From NCBI RefSeq assembly GCF_009914755.1, contig NC_060928.1: a DNA stretch of 64,000 nucleotides, one strand, 5' to 3'. Position numbers and translations under genes: made by a program. Origin of the DNA: the human T2T-CHM13v2.0 reference genome, Homo sapiens. The notes below the pieces were generated by a model. It was not told where the DNA came from, ran no database searches, and saw nothing but the letters and a program-made list of their open reading frames with translations. Positions 45,011 to 60,398 of the stretch are shown in pieces (position 1 is the stretch's first letter; every line of letters begins with the position of its first letter).

Positions 45011-46287
45011 CTATTTATTTAAATAATTGTGATGTTATCTTCAGCAAAAAACCTTCTTAAGTGACACATATGTATCTTTGGCTTCACATCTCTCTGGGTC
45101 TTGAACATTTCTCCCTGCACATTTCTACCTTATCTGTTTGGAAAACTTCCCTGTGACTTCAAAATTCAGTTTAGGTTTCGTTTGCCCTGTGGAATTTTCT
45201 TTGTTCTCCTCCTCTACATTTCTCCTCAGATTGCCATTTGCATATAATTCTACCATTTCACTGAACAAACTCTAGAGTCATTGTTTCCATGAGTGTGATT
45301 CAGGAAATTATAAATTCCTCCTCTGTAGTACAGTACCTAGTATATTTTAGTCACTCAATACATTTTTGTGGGATTGAATGTCTTTGATTTAATTAAATTG
45401 TGTGGAATCTAATTCACTAGAATGACATTTGAATGGGACACTGCACAGTGAACAAAAATGTAGCTGGAGACTAAACAGATGTGAAAAAGTGCAATGTTTG
45501 AAAAAAAATGGCAGCATTTGACAAATCAGAAGATACTGAGCCTAAGAAATTGAACTTAACTGAAAAAACAAATGGAATGTTAACAGAAGAAAATAAAAAA
45601 CAAGATTTAGATGTGGAGGGCAGTGATAAATTCTGATTTTATTGGTTCTTTTTGAAAAGCAAACTCAGCAAGTCACTTTTGGAAGAAAGTCACACTTTAT
45701 ATTTCATGCTAGTTGTGAAATGGCATTTGCTTAATTCATTTATCTTAACAGTGCACTGGTTAAGGCAAAGATTAATAAATAAGTAAAAGACTTAAAAACC
45801 ATGCAAATAAAATCTGAAAATATACAAACTTATACAAAAGTGACATTTGTTTCCATCTGTTCTCTATTGGGAAACTGTTAAGTACTGCTAAGCCTATGCT
45901 CTGGGTATGTGCATACGCATGTGTGTGTACTTATTAAGGCAGTAGCAGAGCAGCATAATGCTTTTCTTCATGCATTTGTTTTTGAAAATTTTCTTTATGC
46001 TTATTTAATGCATATGTTTTTATTCTTTGAATTATCAAACTTTTTGACAGTAATTAAGATCATACAAGATTTCAGGCAGCACAAACATGAGTAAAGCTCT
46101 CAAAGTATGCTCTGCTATTTGCTAAAATGTAACTATCCTTTTCTGTGTTGTCTCCATAACCAGTAAAGCAATAGAAGAAACAAACATTACATGAGTGTAA
46201 TTGTCTTTTTATGCAAGCAATTAGAACTAGGGATGGGAAGATTTGCAGCTAAAAATTTATTAGTAATTCCTATCTGTTCTTGATTAA

Positions 46288-46316
46288 ACACACACACACA
46301 CACACACACACACACT
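46288..46316. repeat. (CA)n microsatellite
   Basis: Direct reading. Confidence 0.95.
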
Positions 46317-46404
46317 ACACAAAGGGAGGACACTGAAGAGTGTGATACTTCTGGAAAAATCATCTCTGTCCAGATACTAAATTAGAAAAGAAATAAAGAA
46401 AGGG

Positions 46405-46504
46405 GGAAGGAAGGAAGGAAGGAAGGAAGGAAGGAAGGAAGGAAGGAAGGAAGGAAGGAAGGAAGGAAGGCAGGCAGGCAGGCAGGCAGCCAGGCAGGCA
46501 GGCA
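46405..46504 (+). repeat. (GGAA)16 followed by (GGCA)n
   Basis: 16 uninterrupted GGAA units at 46405-46468, then GGCA units. Confidence 0.97.
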
Positions 46505-46589
46505 GAGGGGTCATGGTCAGAACTGGCATTTGTGGCCAGACAACTCCTTAGAGAAGGAGATGCAAATGATAGTGGGAAGTTCAGCCTGC

Positions 46590-47090
46590 ATCCACTGAAG
46601 TCGTGAAGACTAACTATAGGTGGGCAATGCACTGACAACATCTGCATGAGGATAGGTCCCCTGATGACCTTGGCTGACCCAAATATTCCCCCTTTTACTT
46701 TGAAATCTCATGCAGAATGTACTCTGTTTGCAGTACCCTGAGATAAGGAAGAAATGTCTAGAACAATCTAGGCTGGGTCTTTGCTCCTCCCAGAATAGAA
46801 TGTTCTACAAAGCTTGAGCTCTGTGAGACAAGTGGTGCTCAGTCTATGCAAACCCAAAGCTGAGTGCTTTTGAGGTTTTTCAGCTGTCATGCAATGAACG
46901 GCACACACAGACTAAACTTCATTTTTCCTGGGCAGCTTTGCTAAGCCTTGGGGAACCAGCCTGCTATGGATGTTAAGCTTGGTTTATCCTTTCTGCCTTT
47001 CTGTGGGTAATAAATTTGCTTTGACTAACTTGTTCAGAGAATGTTCTGTCCCACTGGATTCATGCAATTGGTAGAGAATCTTTGCAATAT
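46590..47090 (+). mobile_element. ERVL-type LTR (MER54/MER73-like)
   Basis: 'ccctgagataaggaagaaatgtctagaacaatc...cctcccagaatagaatgttct'; AATAAA near 47009. Confidence 0.5.
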
Positions 47091-47489
47091 CTGCTAGAAA
47101 AGTTGTATTAATACTGAAATTTGTGTATAATATATAACTAATGCATTTATAAGCCTCTTCTAAGAGGTAAACTTCCTGGTGGCTGAAATACAAAATTTCA
47201 ACTTAAACTTGGTGAATTCTTCAGCATACAGGCTGGCTGGTTCCTTAATTAGGGTTAACATGTAAGGACTAGAAGATAATAAAAAGGATAGTTTCCAGTG
47301 TTAATACTAATATCCAACAAAATATAGGATACAAAATTATTAATTTACTTGTACTAATTGTACTAACATATATTCTGGTAAAGAAACTAGAAAATATGGC
47401 TTAATCCTTTCAGATAATGTTTTGGGAAGAGCCCAGAAACTACTCTTTTTAGCTGTCCATTTCATCACTTGTAAAGAAAAATTGGAATA

Positions 47490-47780
47490 TGTTGGAGAAG
47501 AAGATCAAGGAGTTGAGAGAGGTGAAGAGAGATTAGGGGAGAAGAAGGAGGAAGTGGTAGAGCTGGGAAAGGAGGCCTGAAGAGGGGAGCAAAGGAGGGA
47601 GAAAGAAAAGATGGAGCAACACAAGAAAGGAAGTAAAGTGGGAGGACAGGATGATGATGAGGAGAGAGGAGGAAAGAAAAAGAGGTGGGAAGAAGTGGAA
47701 AGGAATAGAAATAGAATAAAAACTGGAAAAAGAAGAAGGGTGAAGGGAGGGAGTGGGAACAGCCATGCAAGGATAAAGGA
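47490..47780 (+). repeat. GA-rich low-complexity polypurine tract
   Basis: Almost exclusively A/G on the + strand. Confidence 0.85.
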
Positions 47781-50331
47781 AAAGATCACCCGGGTAGAAG
47801 CTCTCAGGAAGAACGGTCTTGACCTGTTTGGGAAATCATGGAAAGTCCATTTTGGCTGGAATATAGTGGACAAAGAGGGAGTAGGAGAAGTATGCAGGGC
47901 AGGGTGTTCTATATCATGCAATTCTCTAATCCCTAAGTAGCAGAAAGCAGATAATATTGTCTTATGTCTTTTAACCATTGTTTTAAAATATATTTATTTT
48001 TACAAACTCTGGCATTTTATTTAAGCTGCCAGGTCATTCAGATGTAGGTGAGTTTGAGAACCATGACCCTAATTTATTTTAATGTATAGCTTAAAGAATG
48101 AAGTGAATCTCAATCTAAAGCTAACAGCTGAGGCCCAGCATAGCTTCAGGATTCAGCTAGCCACCTTCTTGTTACAAATGCACCCCTCAAATCATGCTAT
48201 TTTCATACACGCTTATTTAGCTTGCTCTTTATAATACTTTAACTCAACAATTAGAAATTACATAAATAAGCATAATGGTTAAGCATAACAGAATGAAATC
48301 CCAGCTCCAACATGTCTAGGTATCTGGCTAAAAGAGAACTATCTCACCTCTCTAAATTTCAATAAGTTAATTTGACAAGTTGAAGTATATATTTCACAGG
48401 ATAATCATGAAGAGAACTTAAGTTGTACATTAAACACTCTGGCAGTTATACATTAAAATAAATTTAATGCAAATATTTAGTTATGGCAATTTTAGCATCA
48501 ATATGTTTCAATAAAAGTATCATAATAAATGGCTATCACCTCTATCCAATTTTGAAAGAAAGTAAATCAGTGAAAAAAGGAGGCAAACATTGAGAAAAAC
48601 AACATGAGTAAAATATGGCAATGTTTGTTTTAACTCAGTTTTATTTTAAGTTCACTTTAAACAATAGTTATATAAAAATTACCATTTATTAGGGGCTTTG
48701 TAATTTAAGAAATGTATAGAGAAATGAGAGGTCTTTTTTAAGCTTAAAAAATGTGTAGTTAAAGGTAGATATTCAGAATTCAACCTAATTCCACACATGT
48801 TGGGTCCTGTTTACTTCTATCTTGTTAGGAGCAAAGGTATACAATGAACTATTTAGTTTTCTTTTGTTTGGTTTATGAAACCTTTTGTGGTTTTCATTTA
48901 ACATAAAGGAAATCTAATATGTTCCCATGAAAATCATTAAGATAGTGCTGTATATTTCCAGTGAAATGGAAAAGGCTGTTAATTGGTCAATATTGATTGT
49001 TTATTTATATAAATCATGACCCCGTTAGCTAAATATTCGCTTCTTAAATAGCAGTAATTTTAGACTTGAATTGTCTAAATAATTGACTCAATTTTTCATT
49101 TTAGCTTGCCATTATTCACACAACTTTTGAGTTAAAGATGAATATAAGCCTTTGTAAATTTAGCTGACATTACCAGATTACTTATTTTCCTAGTGATTTT
49201 TATCTAATTAGAGTCTTAATCTGAAATAACTTATTTTTCTTAACCCAACAGCAATCCCTTGCTGACTTCATGCTTTAAATTCCAAAATATACAATACGTA
49301 TTAGTGAGCTGTTGGCTGGCTTATTAGAACTCACTTGAAAAATATAACGTGACATTTTTCAAAGGTAAAATGAGGTGGCAGAGAATCATGCTTTTTGAAT
49401 GAACTAGAATTGAAGCAAATTTAAAGAGCTTGTTTGTAATGGCTTTGTGATTGGGATCAGTTTACTACTTTGTCATTATTGCTACTTCACCAACTAGTAT
49501 AAGAGCAAACAAATTTTTAAAAAATATGTTTCTTATTAATTTATTTGCCAGAGAAAACTTCTGAGTTGCTTGTTTTCAGTTGATTTCTTAAATTTTTGCT
49601 TCCAATGATATTTTTTCAGTTCCACTGAAAGAGAAGGGGAGTGTTCTTTCCAGCTGTTTAATGGATAGCCTTCCTACTGACATTGACAGCAGTAATTAGT
49701 CAGAACAACAATAGTTATACTGTAATGTGAACTTTCCCAGCCAACAAAAAAGATTTGGAATTTTTTGCTTATCTGGAGTTTGAGCTCGAGTTTTTAATTT
49801 TTCTTCTCAACAACTCTCCATTGTGTGTACATCCCTAGAAAATAAATGTCATATTTGATGAATTGTATTATGTTTGCATTTATGATATATGCAATACATT
49901 TTTCCTATATTTGTAAATTCATTAACTCTGTGGCTCTTTGAGTTTATCATCTCTGGTGATTTGTGGAGCACCTCCTAGTAGCAGAATGTCCTAGGGTAGT
50001 TGGAAATATGGAGATTTTTATCCTATCACCCTCAAGCTGTGAAATAAACTGTGGGGTCTGTCTGAGAAATTTGCATTTATAAAGAAAATCAATGATTCTT
50101 TTATCTTCTAATATTTAGGATACACAGATTTTTAATAAATATATATATATACACACATATATGACTTACAGTTGAAGTGTTCCTTTGCATTCGAATTATA
50201 TATTGCATAAGAATTTCAGTAATGCTTGCTATTTTCAGTTAGCTTTACAGTGACCAAGAAACCTAAGAGGATTTCTCATACCCACCAATCACTAAGGTTC
50301 AACATCATTCATTAGGGGGTGAGTGGTTGTC

Positions 50332-51631
50332 TCTATTAGTTTCCTGGGGTTGCTGTATTAAAGCACCACAAACCTGATGGCTTAAACAACAGAAATGTAT
50401 TCTCGTATGGTTCTGGAAGATAGAAGTCCAAAATCAAAATGTGAGCAAGACCATGCTCTCTGAAGTCTCTGTGAGAGTATCCTTCTTTGCCTCTTCCAGC
50501 TGCTGGTGGTTGCCTGCAACCCTTGACATTACTTGTTTTTTAAATGCATCATTCTAATCTCTGCCTCTGTCTTCATGTTGCTTTCTACCCTGTTAGTTTC
50601 TGCGCCCAGATATCCACAAAGAAATGTGCAATATCATTAGTCATCAGATAAATGCAAATTAAAACCACACAGAGATACCATCTTATACCAGTTGGAATGG
50701 CTATTATTAAAAAGTAAAACAAACAGACACACAAAGCTATCATAAGTTGGTGTGTATGTGGAGAAAAAGGACCACTTGTTCGTTGTTGGTGGGAATGCAG
50801 ATTGGTTCAACCTCGATGGAAAACAGTGTGGAGATAACTCAAGGAACTAAAAATAGAGCTACCACTCAAACCACCAATCCCACTACTGGTATCAACCCAA
50901 AGGAAAATAAATCATTACATAAAAAAGACACCTGCATTCACATGCTTATAGCAGCCCTATTCACAATAGCAAAGTCATGGAACCAACCTAAGTGTCCATC
51001 AATGGTTGATTAGATAAAGCAAATGACCATCAATGGTTGACTGGATAAAGAAAATGTGGTATATATACACGATGAAATGCTATGAGTCCATGAAAAAAAA
51101 TGAAATCATGCCCTTTGCAGCAACATGGATACTGCTGGAGGCCAATATCCCAAGTGAACTAACTCAGAAGCAGAAAATCAAGTAAGTGAAAGCTAAAAAA
51201 TGGGTCCTCATGGACATGAAGATGGAAACAATAGACATTGGAGACTTCACAAAGAGGGTAGAAGGGAGGGAGTGAGGGTTAAAAAGTTACATGTTGAAAA
51301 CAATGTTCATTATCTGGGTGATAGGTATACTAGAAGCCCATTTCCCATCATTACAAAATATACTCATGTAACAAATATGCACATGTACCCCATAAATATA
51401 AAATTAAAAAAAAATAATAATTTAAAAAAAAATTCAAAAACCACAAATATCGCTCTTATATGAGCAGTAATCATTACATTAGGGCCAACCCTAATTCAGT
51501 ATGACTTCATCTTAATTTGATTACATTGGCAAAGACCCTATTTCTAAATAAGGTCACTTTCACAGGTACTGGGGGATAAGACTTAAATAAATATATTAAT
51601 ATTTTGGACAGAAACAGTTCAACCCACTACA
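50332..51631 (-). mobile_element. MLT1B/C MaLR LTR, split by an L1 insertion
   Basis: 'tattagtttcctggggttgctg...ggcttaaacaacagaaatgtattctc' (50332-50620) resumes as 'atgacttcatcttaatttgattacat...aagaccctatttctaaataaggtcac' (51441-51631). Confidence 0.88.
50621..51440 (+). mobile_element. L1PB/L1MA-type 3' end (~0.8 kb)
   Basis: ORF2 C-terminal remnant (LIAALFTIAKSWNQPKCPSM), 3'UTR and A tail; TSD CCACAAA at 50614-50620 and 51441-51447. Confidence 0.92.
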
Positions 51632-53031
51632 GCATCTATGCACATCATATCAAATTAAATAAGGAGATTATAATCTTTTTCAGGAGTTTTTTTTTGTTGT
51701 TGTTTTTTGTTTGTGTTTTCTTTCTAACATCTGTCTAATAAGGTAGATAAACATTTTTTTCCAAAGATGAGAAGGAAGGATTTAAAAAAAATTATTATAG
51801 TTATTAATTGATAATTTTCTCTAATGATAGAATGTTGGAACCTAAGAGAAGTTTTTTAAAAAGTAGCAAACAAATACTACCCTCCAGTGATTTGTAGTTG
51901 AGTTGCCTGATGAAGCATTCATACATGAAATAGTTGAATGAACAAGCACAGTGGCATATGATTATCGATAAAACTGAGTGACAGAAAATTCCTTGGAAAG
52001 TGGGATGGAAATAGACAAGTTGAGGTGGTGGTATTCAGTGAGGAGAAGTGTGAAGATATAAGTTGGTGTTTGGAGTTAATGAGGAACACAATTTATTTTG
52101 GAAAAAATGAAGGCCTTTATGTAGCTGGAATAATTTTGGTATGCTTTGGACTGTGGTTGAGAGCACTGCTAAGAAGATACATCAGAATCAGTTATTGAAA
52201 ATGGAATGCCCGGTTAATGAGTTCAGGGTTAATTATTTTCTCCAATACACTGAAGCTGTTAGGGTTTTTCTGTTCATTTTTTACAACCATAGCCACAATT
52301 CTTTCCCTAACCTTGTGATTAATTTTAAACATTGTTTTTCTACTTGTGACTCCATTAACCAGGTTGGTTTCTCTTGATGTTTTATTTCTTAAAATGGGGG
52401 CATTATTTTTATTTTTTTAGAAATCTGTTAATATTTCTGGTAATCTGGGTATCACTTAAAACCAGGAAGCTACATTGCTCTTTCCAGGCTCTTGCCTTAG
52501 ACCTTAAGCCTTGATTTTAAGCCCAAGCCCAAATGACTAAGGCTTTGCTGATCAAGTTGGATGCCAAAAATGACCTGTAAGCCCACATTTCCATCATTAC
52601 CTCTTGTATTCCACATTTCTGTGCCTTAACCTTTTTTGGAACATGATGCTACATTGTCTTGGTCACTGATACCCCATTGACAATGTACCTTATGTAACAG
52701 GCTAAATATTTTTTCAGGAACTGCTATTAGGAACCTCCTGAAACACTTATTTTGCCATGGGTTTTCAGGTTCTTACAAGCTCTTGCTGTTACTAACCAGG
52801 AAATGCTTTCCTTTTTTACACCTTGTCTATACTAATTAACATAATTACCAACTCTCTTATATCAATTACTCCTTACCTACCCACAATTGTCAGTGAGATT
52901 GATTATATTTCCCATGAGGTATTTAGAAATATAAAGTAAGCCTACCTACTTAAAGATCAGAGCATCTTAGCAAAGGAGCCACTGAGGAACCACTAATATT
53001 TTGAGTGTTCTCACCCTTGAACCAGAAGTAG

Positions 53032-53606
<575 letters not shown>

Positions 53607-53862
53607 TTATTTTTCATGGAGTTATTTACCATTAAGGCTTTGTCAGAAGAATGGAAGGTTTAAAATTATTAAATCAAATGCATTTGCTTATTTAGGGGGA
53701 AGTGTCAAAACTCAGAATAGTCCTATACATTAACCTCTTTGGCCAAGGCAAATTAATTCTTAATTCTTCAATACATTTTGATGAAAAACCACTCACACTA
53801 TAGACCTTAAACATAGTATAGTGTGATTTTGTCTCTTTTTCCCAAAAATATATTATATTGTT

Positions 53863-54348
53863 TGTTATGGGTTTAATCGTGTTCCCTCAAAAACTATATT
53901 GAAATGCTAACTTTCAGAACCTATAAATGTGAGATTATTGGTAAATAAGATTTTTACAGATGTAATCGATTTAAGATAAGGTCACTAGGGTGGACTTTAA
54001 TACATTATGACTGGTATCCTTATAAGAAGAGATAAATTTGTATACATACAGCCACAGAGGAGAACTCCATGGGAAGATACACATTGAGAGAGAAGATATT
54101 CATGTGATGATGAAGGTAGAAACTAGAATGATGCATCTACAAGCCAAGGAATGCTAGAGATTGTAGGCAACTACCAGAAACTACAAGAGGTAAGAGGATT
54201 CTCTGCTGCAGGTTTCAGAGGGAGTGTGGTCCTACTCCTACCTCGATTTCAGACTTCTAGCTTCCAAAACTGTGTCACAATAAATTTTTGTCGTTTTCAG
54301 CTGCCAAGTTCTGTTACTTTGTTTTAGCAGTCCTAGGAAACAAATACC
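53863..54348 (+). mobile_element. MLT1C-like MaLR solo LTR
   Basis: 'tgttatgggtttaatcgtgttccc...tatgactggtatccttataagaagag...caagccaaggaatgc...aataaatttttg...tagcagtcctaggaaacaaatac'. Confidence 0.9.
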
Positions 54349-56649
54349 CTGTTCAAAAAAAAAAAAAAAGTCCTAAATATGGATTGATACCTCTGACTTC
54401 TTTTCGTTCCTCCAAAATGAATTAATTTCAAACACCAGTGTAAGAAAGTGGTAATAGAACTGTGAACTCCTAATATCAGATAGAAGATAGGAAGCCACGA
54501 AGAGTTTTTGAACAAGAAATTGGGGAACTTTGGGTTTTATAACTGATTAAAATTTTGTAAATTGATTTATTAAATACGACTAGAGGTATTATGAAATAAA
54601 TGAAATGAATGAGGGAGAAAGGAAAGAAGAAGCAAAGGGTGAAAGGAAAAAAGGAATGAAAAGTGTTTTTCAAACAATTAGTAATAACACATAGAGCCAT
54701 AAAAATGATGAGATTAGAAATTGAATGACATAAAATGGAATTGATGAAGCTTTTAATGTAAGAATTGACAGTTTATTCACAAACTACATATATAGATAGA
54801 TAGAACGAAAAGTACAAAGTTTACCCTTGTGCTCCAAATTTGAGAGAGAAAAAAATGTTTAGTTGATAATGTATTGTCATGGCACTTGGAAGGAGAAGTT
54901 TATTTGAATGAGATACAAAGGAGAAAACAAAAAGTTATATTTTGATAGATTGGGTTTATGCTGGTTACGTTAACTAGATACTGAATTCGGAAAGTAGTTA
55001 CACACACCTAGAAAAGGAGATATGAATGGGACAGAAGCTGGTGCTGCCTTGGACTGTCAGAATAGAAGTCACCCTAACTTATCCAGCACTTTGCTCTGTC
55101 ATTCTCAGATTTTCGTTCTCATTCTCATAGTTTTAAGGTGCCATCTAGAGCCCTCAGTTTTCACATCCAAATTCTAGGCAGGATGAAGGATAAGAAGGAA
55201 GTAGCACAAGGGACACACAAACTGTGAATATTTAAACATTTTTCTGGGGAACTACATCTAACCCCTCCCCTTCACATTATCTGTCTGCAGAGGAGAGGAA
55301 ACCTACATGTTAGCTGGACAGAGCAGAGGAAGTGGATGTTGGGTTTATGACTAGCAGTCTCTGCTGCTGGAATATCCCTGCCTATTCAGTTTATTTGATT
55401 GTTGAAATGTAATCTAATTCAGATTCCTTGCCAGTGAATTCGCTGCAGTGCTCTAATTATTTTCCTTTTCAGACAGTTTTAAGGAAAGTCTGCAGAATAA
55501 AGCTAGTAAATTATAAAGTACAGTAATTGTTTCTCTAAACATTTGCTTATTTATATGACTTTTTGTATATTTCTGCTTTCTGGAGATGGATAGAAATCAT
55601 TTTTGTCATAGGAGTACACAATTCTGTTATATTTTACATTAACATGGGCAATTAAAAGTTAACTTTATCCTAAAGTTAGGAATACATAAAGTAAACTTAC
55701 CTTTGAAGTTTATATCATTCATTTTTTCTTTACTATTCCACTTGTCAACACAGAGCAAATGGAGCAAACACTGACTTTTCAAAATGTGAATCATTTGGTT
55801 GTTTTGCTCAGAATATTATGGGACAGCACAATATCCTAAATTATATGTCAGCAACAGTTAACTGCATAATTTCCCATTGTACAGAAAAAAAAGCCTTTTC
55901 CCCTTTAAGCACTTTCAAATACAAGGAGACAGAATAGTTTAATCAACACTCAATCAAGAAATACAGAATTCTTTCTCAGTGCCAGACATTATGCTCAACT
56001 GTGAAGATAAGATTCGGTGGTAGATAAGACAAATTTAGAATCAATATTTTTCAAGCAGTTTGTACCAAGGCAAATCATTTCATCTACAGTGTCCAAAGTT
56101 ATAGACATTTTTGTTCGTAATCTTCTTGGTGCTACATAAATATAGCATAAACATGGAGCCTGCATGGTGTGGAGCTGTATTTGCACTGTCCAGTACTTGT
56201 CTGGACCACCCATTTAGCTAGTGAGTGATTTCATACTGGGTGGTGGTTTGTTAAAAAAAAAAAAAAAAAGAAAGAAAGAAAAGAAAGAAAGGAAAAAACT
56301 TCAGTCAACTTAGAAAGTCAATACTTTCAGAACTATTTTCTAATGTAGAGGTCAGTGGTTTGCCCTCAAACTCATAATTCTTGATCTGTTTAAGCTAATG
56401 TCTTGTCTGTTATTCATCATGCTACTTCCAGGAGCACTTTTAACTTTCATCTAATTTTACTTGATGTAGCGTAGATTCAGTTAGCAAATGTTCAGAAACA
56501 TGACAACTTCATTTGTAGTTTACTAAGTTGTCACAAAAGGTAAGATAAGGGGGCAAGTGCAGATTTATAGCCTTCCACCATAAGCCTCCATATTCATTTC
56601 AAATTTAATTCGAGAATAATTTTAAAGCATACGTGTATAAATATCTCCT

Positions 56650-56692
<43 letters not shown>

Positions 56693-56976
56693 TTTGAGTC
56701 AGAGTCTTGCTCTGTCGCCCAAGCTGGAGAGCAGTGATGCAATCTCGGCTCACTGCAAGCTTTGCCTCCCGGACTCAAGTGCTTTTCTTGTCTCAGCCTC
56801 CCAAGCAGCTGGGATTACAGGCACTCACTACCATGCCTGGCTAATTTTGTATTTTTAGTAGCGATGGAATTTCACCATGTTTGCCAGGCTAGTCTTGAAT
56901 TCCTGACCTCAGGTGATCGGCGCGCCTCAGCCTCCCAAAGTGCTGGGATTACAGGCATGAGCCACTGTGCCCGGCC
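56650..56976 (-). mobile_element. Alu (AluSx-like) with (TTTA)n tail
   Basis: TSD TAAATATCTCC starting at 56638 and 56977. Confidence 0.95.
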
Positions 56977-57869
56977 TAAATATCTCCCTTTTATGTCAGA
57001 TGTATAACGTTCTTTTAAAACTTTTAAAAGTTCGGCAATATGTCTTATTAGTCTTATTAAATATAAATAAAATGAGTAAGGCTATGATTTTAAATTATTT
57101 TCAGTTCTGAAAAAATAGCACTATATGCTGTGAATGAAATGTTAAAGTTTTCAAATATAGAGAATATTGTCTTATCAGTTTTCTACTGAATGTTGTATAA
57201 GGGCACAGATTCAATGTGATAAAATATATATAGCAAAATATGTTATAATTCAGATGCCCAGAAATTCTATTTTTACTTTATCCACATATAGTATTACAAT
57301 TTAGTGTCTTCCAGTACATTAAATTGTTGGATTAGCAGTGTGCTATGGAGGCAGAAACATTTAATGAATGATGTATAACAAGGTCAGCTGTTTAAAGCAT
57401 TCCCAGAGCACTGCAAAGCCATACAATGACAATGAATCATATCAGTCATCTGCAGATGAACAGAAGAGGCATTATCAGACAATAAAAACAAACCAGAAAC
57501 ATTCACAAAACAAAATAACAACCTTTTGTTTGAGCTATAATTTCAAAAATGCTATCTTTGTGACCACTAAATAAAATTAAACATGTGTCTTATTAATCAA
57601 TTGATAGTATTTTTATAAGGCATGGTCAATGTGAGATCAGGTAAAGCGAAAAAAATATAAATAAGATTAGGTGTTTTGGTGGAGAGATGGTTTTGACTTC
57701 AGAAAGGCTCAATTTCTCTTACCCTCAACAGATTTTAATCTTCAAGATTTCAAACTTTATATCCTGACCTGACCTGAACCAGCCAAAATAAAAAAAATTA
57801 TACTGACTGAGACATTGCTTACTCAAGAAGCATATGGGTGGAAAAGCTACACACATCCTTAGCTGTAAG

Positions 57870-57894
57870 ACACACACACACACACACACACACA
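57870..57894. repeat. (CA)n microsatellite
   Basis: Direct reading. Confidence 0.95.
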
Positions 57895-58004
57895 ATATTC
57901 CAACATTTAATCAACAGAATATTGATTGAGTTCTATTTTCTTTCTCTTATTCTGAAACCTTTCTGAAGAGCAGCTGTGTGGCATTTCATAAGATGAGCAG
58001 TATG

Positions 58005-58190
58005 AATAAAAGCCTGGTTTGAAGCTCCTATCGACTGGTGACTTCTTTGAGTTTCAATTTTCTCCTCAATGAAATATAAACAGTAATACCCAATTGGAGA
58101 ATTTTTAAAACGGTTTAAATGAGATGATGCATATAAAGCTTGTAACAAGGATTAACAAATGTTAGCTTTAATCAATATCATCATTATAAA
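58005..58190 (+). mobile_element. MIR SINE (degenerate)
   Basis: 'ctttgagtttcaattttctcctcaatgaaat...tttaaatgagatgatgcatataaagc'. Confidence 0.55.
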
Positions 58191-58818
58191 ACACAAGGTT
58201 ACTTTTAAGAAAATAGTGTGGCTTACAAATAGTAACATGTTAGCTTATATGTGAGAGCTTCCAATCTAATGTCACATATAACAGTGGCCCTATTACAGTT
58301 TTCATAATTTCTAATACCCTTAATTTTAGTTAACATTATTTAATTTGGGAAAATTAGTAAAATAAAAATGACTGGATGTTTGAATTTACCTATGTTTAAA
58401 CTATCTTCATTAAACTCAGTAAAAATGTCTTGGTAAAATCTGACCAACATCATACCTCTCATTGGCAAGAAAAAAATGGCTGTGTTTCATATCTTTTTAA
58501 TTGCAACTTTTGTAAAATTACCAAATCTCTTATAGGCCGAATGACCACTGAAGGTTATATGGATGAGAAAATAGTTTAAGACAGAATGTTATAATCATAG
58601 TTATTGCTCTTATACATCTGTGAAGTAGTAGCTACCATATCATCAATTTTAAATACAAGATTAATTTGTAGGAAATAATGTGATTTACATGTTTTAAAAT
58701 ACGTTAGCTCAGTCCAGGGCTTCCAATTGTAGAATACTGTTAACAGTGGTCCTCATGCACTTTTGGTCTGTGAACAATTTGAATAAAGCAAAAGATCCCA
58801 GGAATCATATCTTTCTGC

Positions 58819-59664
<846 letters not shown>

Positions 59665-60210
59665 TTGCCTAATAGGAACAAAAGACTAGTTGGTTAATTT
59701 GCATAATCTACAGAATGAAGTCCAGATTTAACAATAAAATATAAGAATTAGTTTCAACATTTCACTTGTTTCTGTTCTAATATAAACCCACTGAAGACAT
59801 CAGTGACAAATCATAGATATTATCTCATAAGGTTGTAGAAGAATCAATTTTATTTGCTTGATCAAAGTTCAATCAATTTACAGTCAATATTTTTTCCCAC
59901 CATATACAGTGAACTATTTAAAGCTAACTATAATTCCCTAGTTAATAACTAAAATTACAAAAATAGATGCAAAGAGTCAAGAAATATCATTTATGTGTTT
60001 TTTTCAAATGCATTATAATTGTGTTTGTTTTTTGTACAGTAAATACAATGGTATTTAAAATATAACAGTCAATAGACTGATATAATTATCAAGAAATTAT
60101 AAGCAAACAGCTCCAGCTCTAGAGAGAGAATACAAGATATGAAGTGGAAAATAAATGGGAAACATTACCACTGAAAGGGACACAAGGGAGCAGATTCTAG
60201 AATAAAAAAT

Positions 60211-60398
60211 AAGAGTTGCCAAATAAAATACAAGGCTAGTAGTTACATTTTAATTTTAGGTCAACAACAAATAATTGTTTATTATGAGTGTCCCACACAA
60301 CATTTGTGACATATACGTGCTAAAAAGTTTTTGTTGTTTATATGAAATATAAATTTAATTGAACATCCCGTACTTTTATTTGCTAAATCTAGAACTTG
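60211..60398. mobile_element. MER53-like hAT MITE
   Basis: 'gagttgccaaataaaatacaag...caacaacaaataatt...ttgttgtttatatgaaat...ttttatttgctaaatct' with inverted ends. Confidence 0.7.

Noticed and set aside
46360-47978. 95-157 aa ORFs
   Set aside because: Produced by (GGAA)n and the polypurine tract, which lack stop codons; low-complexity products
56253-56298. (A)n(GAAA)n tract as a tail-only retro-insertion
   Set aside because: No element body or TSD is visible, so it cannot be told apart from simple-repeat expansion
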